Origin: Candidatus Aenigmatarchaeota archaeon
GTDB lineage: Archaea > Aenigmatarchaeota > Aenigmatarchaeia > QMZP01 > QMZT01
NCBI GenBank assembly: GCA_043808015.1
Contig: JAZDFI010000015.1
Coordinates: 1 to 16,437 of the forward strand
Direction: 5' to 3'
DNA length: 16,437 nucleotides
The position numbers and the translations under genes were made by a program. The notes below the pieces were generated by a model. That model was not told where the DNA came from, searched no databases, and worked only from the letters and a program-made list of their open reading frames with translations. Positions within the stretch are counted from its first letter, which is position 1. Each line of letters starts with the position of its first letter. Below, one piece after another: positions 6,978 through 13,822 of this stretch.

Positions 6978-7694
6978 CTACTCCTTCTTAGCAAGCTTGT
7001 CGTTCCTCTTGCTTACCCATATTTCATCGAACATCTCTTCCTGGCGGGCGGCGACTTTCTTCTGCTGCTCGAGATGGACGAGCGGCACGAAGCTGTTGAC
7101 GACGTTCTCACGGTCCCATTCGCCGACGATTTTCGAGAACTCGACTTCCTCGTTTTTGACGCGCGAAAGCAGCGAATTGAGCTTCGAATAAAGCATCTTA
7201 ATCCTCTCGTTTATGTTCTTCTCCTCGGTGACCTGGACGTCGCGTCTTAACTTCTCTTCTCTGTAGACGCGTCTATCATGAGCGTTGAGGACTTTTTTCA
7301 GCGCGTTAACCAGTTCGGTGACGACAATCCCTCGCACCGGCTCCCTGCGCGGCGGCATGCTGAGCGGGTCGAACACGAACGCGTCGGTAGCGATCGCATC
7401 CGTCGCTAGCGCGGCCTGCATCTGCTGCTCCGCTTCGCCTGTTACCTGCTCCTTGAACTGGCGGAGGTAGTCGGATTTCATTTTAAGAAGAATCGCGGCG
7501 ACCATGATGTATTTAGCGGGGAAGCGGAAGTCCATTTCCTTCATTTTTCTAAGGTAAGTCATGAAACCGCTGGAAAGCTTGCATACGTCGAGGTCCCACG
7601 GGTCCAGTCCTTCCCAAGCGACGACCTCGTATATTATCTGTTCCCAAGTGTAATCCGACTTGATAAAATCGAGAATCTTGTTTTCGTCGAGCAT
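6978..7694 (-). CDS. scpA: Segregation and condensation protein A (kleisin)
   Basis: LDPWDLDV, AAILLKMKS, ELVNALKK and the C-terminal winged-helix pattern FVPLVHLEQQKKV..RQEEMFDEIWV. Confidence 0.88.
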   Translation of the reverse strand: MLDENKILDFIKSDYTWEQIIYEVVAWEGLDPWDLDVCKLSSGFMTYLRKMKEMDFRFPAKYIMVAAILLKMKSDYLRQFKEQVTGEAEQQMQAALATDAIATDAFVFDPLSMPPRREPVRGIVVTELVNALKKVLNAHDRRVYREEKLRRDVQVTEEKNINERIKMLYSKLNSLLSRVKNEEVEFSKIVGEWDRENVVNSFVPLVHLEQQKKVAARQEEMFDEIWVSKRNDKLAKKE

Positions 7695-7805
7695 TGGTCA
7701 TCAACATTAGGAGCGCCCTTAGCGCGCGCTCTTCATGTTTATTATTAATATAGAAGCAAGTTTATTAAGATTGGAATCGCGTCCGCGGATGCATACCAGC
7801 CGCAT

Positions 7806-7820
7806 GTTCGGAAAGCGAAC
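7806..7820. repeat. Palindromic motif GTTCGGAAAGCGAAC, copy 2
   Basis: GTTCG-N5-CGAAC; 14/15 identical to 4838-4852; 11 nt upstream of TATAAAA (7832-7838). Confidence 0.5.
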
Positions 7821-7883
7821 CCTTCCGCAAATATAAAAGGTCGCGGCACAAAGATTTAAGATAACAAGTTTTGGGGTGTTGTC

Positions 7884-8240
7884 ATGAAGAAAGTTGTGAA
7901 AAAGGTTTCTAAGGGTCCTGAGTCGAAGAAAGACGTCGCTGGTATCACGAAGGAAGGCGTGCTGAAAGTCCTGAAGAACGTCATAGACCCGGAAATAGGG
8001 ATGGACATAGTCGACCTGGGCTTCATTTACGGCGTTGATGTCAAGGGGAAGGACGTTCATGTCCGCATGACGCTCACAAACCCCGGTTGTCCGATGCATT
8101 CCATGTTCACTCACGAAGTCGAATCCGCGCTAAAGATGGCTTTCGGAGACGTAAAAGTCAACGTCGAATTAGTGTTCGATCCGCCGTGGACGCCGGAAAG
8201 GATGACGCAAGATGCGAGAAAAAAGCTTGGCATTAAGTAA
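7884..8240 (+). CDS. DUF59 / MIP18 / SufT-like Fe-S cluster assembly protein
   Basis: IDPEIGMDIVDLGFIY, MTLTNPGCP and FDPPWTPERM; GGGGTG SD upstream. Confidence 0.92.
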   Translation: MKKVVKKVSKGPESKKDVAGITKEGVLKVLKNVIDPEIGMDIVDLGFIYGVDVKGKDVHVRMTLTNPGCPMHSMFTHEVESALKMAFGDVKVNVELVFDPPWTPERMTQDARKKLGIK

Positions 8241-8961
8241 AGAAGCCGAAAGGATAATACTCGACACGACAAAGGACAGGCTTGTAGACATCGTTCTCAG
8301 GGCTGACAACGCAGACGACTACGCCAGAGTCGCCAGCGAGAAGCTCGGCCATTTCTACGAAAACCTCGTATTCTCATCGCTCGACCTCGGGGTCAGGAGC
8401 GGGAAAGCGCTCGACTTGGGCACGCAGTTCGGCCTGTGTGCGCTTTCGCTGGCGAAACAGGACTTCGACTTCGAAATAACATGCTTCCAGGACACGCGCA
8501 GGTTCATGAACACGGGCAAGAAGTTTGCCGAGAAAGACATGGTCGAAGAAAAAATAAGATGGGCTCTGGGGAAACAGGAATCGCTGCCCTTCGCGGACCA
8601 CACGTTCGACCTTGTCGTGAGCGGCTTCGACATGCACCACTGGGAGAACCCGGTGCAGGTGCTTAATGAAATAGAGCGCGTGACGAAAGCGAACGGCGTC
8701 ATTCTCATAGGCGACCTGAGGCGCGACGCGTTCGGAGCGATGATTCCCTTTGTAAAGACGATAACACACATGCTGAAAAAGGACATGGTTTACAGCGAAC
8801 TGAAGCATTCATTCATGGCTTCGTACAAGAAGAGCGAAGCAGAAGCGCTGGTCAAATGCGCCGGCCTGCAGAACTGCGGCGTGACCAGCGACTTGCAGTT
8901 CATTTACATAAAGAGGGCCAGGCCGGAAAAGAAACACATAAAAGTCGAAATATCACAATAA
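8212..8961 (+). CDS. Class I SAM-dependent methyltransferase (UbiE-like fold)
   Basis: ALDLGTQFG (motif I variant), ESLPFADHTFDLVVS, MHHW, LNEIERVTKANG. The start may be TTG near 8227. Confidence 0.8.
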   Translation: MREKSLALSKEAERIILDTTKDRLVDIVLRADNADDYARVASEKLGHFYENLVFSSLDLGVRSGKALDLGTQFGLCALSLAKQDFDFEITCFQDTRRFMNTGKKFAEKDMVEEKIRWALGKQESLPFADHTFDLVVSGFDMHHWENPVQVLNEIERVTKANGVILIGDLRRDAFGAMIPFVKTITHMLKKDMVYSELKHSFMASYKKSEAEALVKCAGLQNCGVTSDLQFIYIKRARPEKKHIKVEISQ

Positions 8962-9063
8962 AGACTATCCGGCGAAGATGACGGGTATGCGTCATGGCGC
9001 AAAGCTTAAAAAACTTCATACGATATATTACATCATCATACCTTGTAGGAACGGTGCTTTTGC

Positions 9064-10272
9064 ATGGAAATCCCATCGATAAGGGACCTGGACGTTGAAG
9101 GTAAGACTGTAATCATGAGGGTCGATTACAACCTGCCTCTAGACGAGAACGGGAGGGTGACTGACCACACGCGCATAAGCACGACGCTCAAGACGATATA
9201 TTATATTCTCAACAATGGCGGTAAGATTGTTCTCATCTCGCATCTCGGAAGGCCCAAGAGCAGAGAGGCGCATCTTCAAATGGACGTCGTGGCCGAAAGG
9301 CTTTCCGACATAATCGGCGTCCCTGTCAAAAAGCTGGACTACTGCTCGGGCGACGACGCGGAAACGTGCGTCAGGAAGATGAAGCCCGGTGACATCGTGC
9401 TGCTGGAAAACATAAGGTTCTACGGCGAGGAAACCGAGAAGGACGAAGCGACACGCGACGAGTTTGCCAAAAGACTCGCGAGGCTCGGCGACATATACGT
9501 CAACGAGGCCTTCGCCGCGTCGCATCGCAGCCATGCATCCATAACCGGCATCCCGAAATACATGCCCAGCTGCTGCGGCCTGAGCTTTCTGAGGGAAGTC
9601 AACATGATAAACAGCATCGTCAAGAATCCCGACAGGCCTTACGTCGCCATAATAGGCGGCGCCAAGGAGGACAAGATGCTCTGCATCGAAAGCCTGCTGC
9701 CGAAGGTCGACCGCATACTCATGGGCGGCATCATAGGCAACACATTTCTGAAAGCGGCGGGTTACGAGATAGGCGATTCCAAATGCGACGAGGCGCTCGT
9801 GGCGAGGGCGGCTGGTATACTCAAGAACTGCGGCGACAAGATAATGCTCCCGCAGGACGTGATGGTCGAGATACGCGGCGAACCCGAGAACCTGCCGATA
9901 TCCGAGGTGCGAAAGGGAATGAAAATCCTCGACATCGGACCGGAGACCATCGTGCATTACAAGAACGTGCTCAGACCAGCGAAAACGGTGGTCTGGACCG
10001 GGCCGCTCGGCTTCTTCGAGAAGAAACCATACGAGAAAGGCACGCTTTACATCGCGAGCTTCATGGCAGGCCTCGACGCCAAGACGCTCGTCGGCGGAGG
10101 AGACAGCATATCGGCCATGAAGCGGCTGAACATGGTGGAGAAGATGACGCACCTTTCAACTGGCGGAGGCGCTTTCGCTGACTTCATAACTAAAGACTCG
10201 TTCCCCGGTATCGAGGCGCTGAAGCACTCGTACGGGATACACAGTCATGCTATTAAAAAGAAGGATGAGTGA
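9064..10272 (+). CDS. pgk: Phosphoglycerate kinase
   Basis: RVDYNLP, SHLGRP, LLENIRF, SHRSHAS, IIGGAK, DIGPET, GGGDS, STGGGA. Confidence 0.96.
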   Translation: MEIPSIRDLDVEGKTVIMRVDYNLPLDENGRVTDHTRISTTLKTIYYILNNGGKIVLISHLGRPKSREAHLQMDVVAERLSDIIGVPVKKLDYCSGDDAETCVRKMKPGDIVLLENIRFYGEETEKDEATRDEFAKRLARLGDIYVNEAFAASHRSHASITGIPKYMPSCCGLSFLREVNMINSIVKNPDRPYVAIIGGAKEDKMLCIESLLPKVDRILMGGIIGNTFLKAAGYEIGDSKCDEALVARAAGILKNCGDKIMLPQDVMVEIRGEPENLPISEVRKGMKILDIGPETIVHYKNVLRPAKTVVWTGPLGFFEKKPYEKGTLYIASFMAGLDAKTLVGGGDSISAMKRLNMVEKMTHLSTGGGAFADFITKDSFPGIEALKHSYGIHSHAIKKKDE

Positions 10273-10282
10273 GGGGTGGGTT

Positions 10283-11335
10283 ATGGCAATCAAAATCGCG
10301 GTTAACGGTCCGGGCAGGATTGGCAGGAATTTCATATGGTCCTGGGCCGACAGGAAGAAGCACGGCAAGACTGACATTGAAATAGTCGCCATAAACGGCG
10401 TGCGAGGCGTCGAGGATGACGAGAGCGTCGAATTCTTCACTGAACTTTTGAAATTCGACTCGACGCACGGCCATCATTTCGAAAGCGTGCCTTTCGGGAG
10501 AGAAACCGACGGCACCGCATGGGTCGACGTCCTGGGGCAGAAGATTCATCTTTACAACAACCGCGGCGACCTTTCAACGCTTCCATGGAAGAAGCACGCA
10601 GTCGACGTGGTCATCGAATCCACCGGCGCGTTCAGGAAGCGGAAAGAAGTGGAAGGTCACATAAAGGCCGGCGCGCGCAAGGTCATAATTTCCGCGCCGG
10701 GCAAGGAAGACGTGACTACGTCGATAGTTATGGGCGTCAGGCAGGACATTCCAGAGAGCGAGACGATAATCGACTGCGCTTCGTGCACGACGAACGCCAT
10801 CGCGTCCGTGACCAAAATCGTGAACGACAACTGGGGCATAGAGAGAGGGTATGTCATCACGGTCCACGCCCCGACAGAGGACCAGAGCATTCTCGACGGC
10901 AGCCACAAGGACATACGCAGGGCGCGCTCTCTTATCAATAACATAATACCTACATCCACAGGAGCGGCCAAGGCCGTTGCCAAGATCATTCCCGAACTGA
11001 AGGGCAAGATTGATGCCGTCTCGATGCGCGTCCCCGGGGCGATGACCGGCTCGATAGTCGGGCTCATCGCAGACGTGAGGAAGACGACGACGAAAGACGA
11101 GGTGAACAGGACCATCGACAAAGAATGCAACTCGAATCTGAAAGGCGTCCTGGCATGCACGGACAAGGAAATCGTCTCGTCATACATAATCGGACGCAGC
11201 GAGTCGGGCATCATCGACAAGCCGCTGACGAACGTCATCGACGGGAAGCAGATAGTCGTGTGGTCGTGGTACGACAACGAGCGCGGCTATTCTAATCGAC
11301 TACTGGACGTCGCCGAGATGTTCGGGAAGAAATAA
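10283..11335 (+). CDS. gap: Glyceraldehyde-3-phosphate dehydrogenase, type I (bacterial/eukaryote class)
   Basis: NGPGRIGR, VIESTG, VIISAP, ASCTTN (catalytic Cys), IIPTSTGAAKAV, RVP, WYDNE. ATG 10283 follows a GAGGGGTG SD. Confidence 0.96.
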   Translation: MAIKIAVNGPGRIGRNFIWSWADRKKHGKTDIEIVAINGVRGVEDDESVEFFTELLKFDSTHGHHFESVPFGRETDGTAWVDVLGQKIHLYNNRGDLSTLPWKKHAVDVVIESTGAFRKRKEVEGHIKAGARKVIISAPGKEDVTTSIVMGVRQDIPESETIIDCASCTTNAIASVTKIVNDNWGIERGYVITVHAPTEDQSILDGSHKDIRRARSLINNIIPTSTGAAKAVAKIIPELKGKIDAVSMRVPGAMTGSIVGLIADVRKTTTKDEVNRTIDKECNSNLKGVLACTDKEIVSSYIIGRSESGIIDKPLTNVIDGKQIVVWSWYDNERGYSNRLLDVAEMFGKK

Positions 11336-11352
11336 GCGAGGAAGTGATAAGC

Positions 11353-11442
11353 ATGAGTAAAAAAACAAACAAGAAACTTGATGCGAAGCGTCTGTCAAGG
11401 CGGACGAAATACCCGATGCAGCACAAGGGCGGGAAACAATGA
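11353..11442 (+). CDS. Putative 29-aa basic small protein MSKKTNKKLDAKRLSRRTKYPMQHKGGKQ
   Basis: SD-like GAGGAAGTGA upstream; begins 17 nt after the gap stop; 11 of 29 residues are Lys/Arg. Confidence 0.4.
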   Translation: MSKKTNKKLDAKRLSRRTKYPMQHKGGKQ

Positions 11443-11541
11443 CGTTAAAAGATTTCACAGAGGAAGTCAGGAAGTAGTCTCGCGCCAAGATACTTTGCAT
11501 TTTTCTATCATTTTTATTAATATGAAAAGCAAGAGATAGGC

Positions 11542-12642
11542 ATGATTACAGTTGACGCCTCGATTCTGAAGGAAGTTTTCAGGGAACGCGCCAAATGGAG
11601 CCATAAGGGCGATTTCGGCAAGCTGCTGGTCATCGGCGGCTCGAAAATATACACCGGCTCGCCCGCGCTGGCGGCATACGGGGCGATGGCCGCGCTGAGG
11701 ACCGGAGTCGATCTCGTGACAGTCGCAGCTCCCGAAAGAGCGGCGGACATGGCTGCCAAATATTCCCCGAACCTTATAACGGTGCCTTTCGATGGCGATT
11801 TTTTCAGGCACGAACATCTGAAAAAAGCGCTTGAATTGGCGAAGGGCTTCGATGCGGTGGTCATAGGCACGGGCATGGGCCTCGAAAAGGAGACTCAGAA
11901 ATTCATAGCCGGTTTCGTCGACAGGGTGAAGAAGCCCTGCGTAATCGATGCAGACGGCATAAAGGCGATAAAGGGTAGTTTCAGCGACAAGTTCCTGCTT
12001 ACGCCGCATGCTTACGAGTTCTTTCACATGACAGGCGACAAGCCCAAGTACGATGTGATGGGCCGCGCGGAACTGGTCAGGAAGCACGCCAGGAAGATAG
12101 GCGCCACCATTCTTCTGAAGGGAGCGGTAGACATAATCTCCGACGGCCGCGAGACGGCGATGAACAAGACCGGCAACACGTTCATGACGGTCGGCGGAAC
12201 CGGCGACGTCTTGACGGGCATATGCGGCGCGCTCATGGCGCAGAAAATCCCGCCTTTCAAGGCCGGCTGCGCGGGCGCGTACCTCAGCGGATACGCGGGA
12301 GACCTCGCTGCAAAGGAGAAGCGCCCGTTGCTGGCGACGGACATAATAGAGAAGATACCGCAGGTCCTCATGGAAGTCCTGCCCGAGCCGGAAAGCAAGG
12401 ACGTCAAGGCAGAACCAGCGGAAGCGACGGTGGTAAAAGGGGAAACAAAAGACATCAAGGAAGCGGCTGCGGAAAAGGAGAAAACGGAAGATAAAAAAGA
12501 AGACAAGGAAGCACCTGCAGTGAAAAAAGAAGCCGCTAAAAAGAAACGCAACCAAGCATCCGAATTTGCCAGGAGCGTCGCCAAGATTTCTGTCAAAAGC
12601 ATCAGGAAATACACGGCTTCCCGCCCGAAGGCAAAAAAATAA
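11542..12642 (+). CDS. nnrD: ADP-dependent NAD(P)H-hydrate dehydratase (YjeF C-terminal family) with a charged C-terminal tail
   Basis: SHKGDFGKLLVIGGS..YTGSP, IGTGMG, VIDADGI, LTPHAYEF, LLKG, GGTGDVLTG. Confidence 0.92.
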   Translation: MITVDASILKEVFRERAKWSHKGDFGKLLVIGGSKIYTGSPALAAYGAMAALRTGVDLVTVAAPERAADMAAKYSPNLITVPFDGDFFRHEHLKKALELAKGFDAVVIGTGMGLEKETQKFIAGFVDRVKKPCVIDADGIKAIKGSFSDKFLLTPHAYEFFHMTGDKPKYDVMGRAELVRKHARKIGATILLKGAVDIISDGRETAMNKTGNTFMTVGGTGDVLTGICGALMAQKIPPFKAGCAGAYLSGYAGDLAAKEKRPLLATDIIEKIPQVLMEVLPEPESKDVKAEPAEATVVKGETKDIKEAAAEKEKTEDKKEDKEAPAVKKEAAKKKRNQASEFARSVAKISVKSIRKYTASRPKAKK

Positions 12643-12669
12643 TTTTAATACACGTTCCAAATGATTTCT

Positions 12670-13236
12670 ATGAAAGTTCTGGGCCTTGTCGGTTCGCCGC
12701 GCGAAAGAAACACCAAGCTGCTCGTTTCGATAGCACTGCAGGAATGCAAAAAGCTCGGCCTTGAGACGGAGCTGGTTCACTTGGGCAAGATGGACATCGC
12801 GCCATGCGTCGATTGCGAGCGCTGCAGGAAAGAGAGTCGCTGTGCGATAGACGACGACTTCCAGGCCGTCGCGGACAAGCTCGAAGCCGCCGACGCCGTC
12901 ATAATCGGCTCGCCTGTGTATTTCGGCTGCGTTTCCGCGCAGCTCAAGGCATTCATGGACAGGACGCGTTATCTAAGACGTAACGAGCGACTGAAAGACA
13001 AGGTCGGCGGAGCGCTAGCGACGGGCGGCTCGCGCAACGGCGGCCAGGAACTGGTCATCCGCCAGATTCATAATTTCTTCCTGATACAGGGCATGCTCGT
13101 CGCAGGCGACGAGAAGACGATGCACTTCGGAGGCGCCAGTTACGGCGACGCAACCAGCGACCACGAAGGCCAGGAGACGTCGAGGAACGTTGGTCGCCAC
13201 GTAGGCCAGATAGTTCTGAAACTGAACAATAAATAA
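12670..13236 (+). CDS. Iron-sulfur flavoprotein (Isf / flavodoxin-like NADPH-dependent FMN reductase family)
   Basis: GSPR, compact Cys motif CVDCERCRKESRC, GSPVYFG, KAFMDR, RNGGQE. TTTTAATA at -27 favours ATG 12670 over 12661. Confidence 0.9.
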   Translation: MKVLGLVGSPRERNTKLLVSIALQECKKLGLETELVHLGKMDIAPCVDCERCRKESRCAIDDDFQAVADKLEAADAVIIGSPVYFGCVSAQLKAFMDRTRYLRRNERLKDKVGGALATGGSRNGGQELVIRQIHNFFLIQGMLVAGDEKTMHFGGASYGDATSDHEGQETSRNVGRHVGQIVLKLNNK

Positions 13237-13261
13237 ATCAATAATTAAAATCGTTTTCTGC

Positions 13262-13286
13262 TAAAGCTCTTTTTCAAAGAGCTTTA
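13262..13286. terminator. Perfect 11-bp inverted repeat between convergent genes (possible bidirectional terminator)
   Basis: TAAAGCTCTTT-TTC-AAAGAGCTTTA; overlaps the stop of the zinc-ribbon ORF. Confidence 0.6.
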
Positions 13287-13436
13287 TATCCACATCGAAA
13301 GTCTGAAGCTGCTCATCCCCTGCTCTATCTTCCACAGTTGCTTGCACTTGGGACAGTGTAACGCTTTTTCGCGTCCGCTACTGAAATCGTATTCAAAAGT
13401 GTGGCCGCAGGAAACGCATCGGAAATCTTCTCTCAT
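13284..13436 (-). CDS. 50-aa zinc-ribbon protein
   Basis: Below the ORF-track cut-off. MREDFRCVSCGHTFEYDFSSGREKALHCPKCKQLWKIEQGMSSFRLSMWI has two CxxC motifs, with a clear AGGTGA SD upstream. Confidence 0.8.
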   Translation of the reverse strand: MREDFRCVSCGHTFEYDFSSGREKALHCPKCKQLWKIEQGMSSFRLSMWI

Positions 13437-13515
13437 AATTCACCTTGACTAACAATTATGCGGACTTTCTTAAATTGATTCTGCGTGATGTGCGCGCAGT
13501 TTTTTGATTTTGGCG

Positions 13516-13737
13516 TCACTGCGCATCCACGTGATATTTGCCCTCTGACAAAACGCCTCTCGTCACGAAGTAACCCGCCACGATGAACGCCAGCAATATG
13601 ATAAAGCCGATAACCGGGCTGGTGGCGCTTTCCACGTCGCTTATTATGTTGCCCGTCATGTTGGCCGTTATCGCTACCGCAAGGACCGCGAACATGACCA
13701 GGGCGGCGACAATGACACCCGTTTTCTCCATTTCCAT
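13516..13737 (-). CDS. Small membrane protein with two predicted TM helices
   Basis: Hydrophobic stretches VIVAALVMFAVLAVAI and VIGFIILLAFIVAGYFV separated by an MTGNII loop. Confidence 0.7.
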   Translation of the reverse strand: MEMEKTGVIVAALVMFAVLAVAITANMTGNIISDVESATSPVIGFIILLAFIVAGYFVTRGVLSEGKYHVDAQ

Positions 13738-13822
13738 GATTTGTTCATGGTAGTTAGATTTATTAGCGTTGTTTTCTCAAATTAATTAATACTACTTATA
13801 CAACTTTTCAACAGGCGAAAAA

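Noticed and set aside
7799-7847. Hammerhead ribozyme
   Set aside because: The conserved CUGANGA core is absent on both strands.
7719-8114. 131-aa minus-strand ORF
   Set aside because: Antisense to the DUF59 gene and runs through promoter DNA.
9139-12780. Long minus-strand ORFs (337, 206 and 437 aa)
   Set aside because: Antisense shadows of pgk, gap and nnrD.
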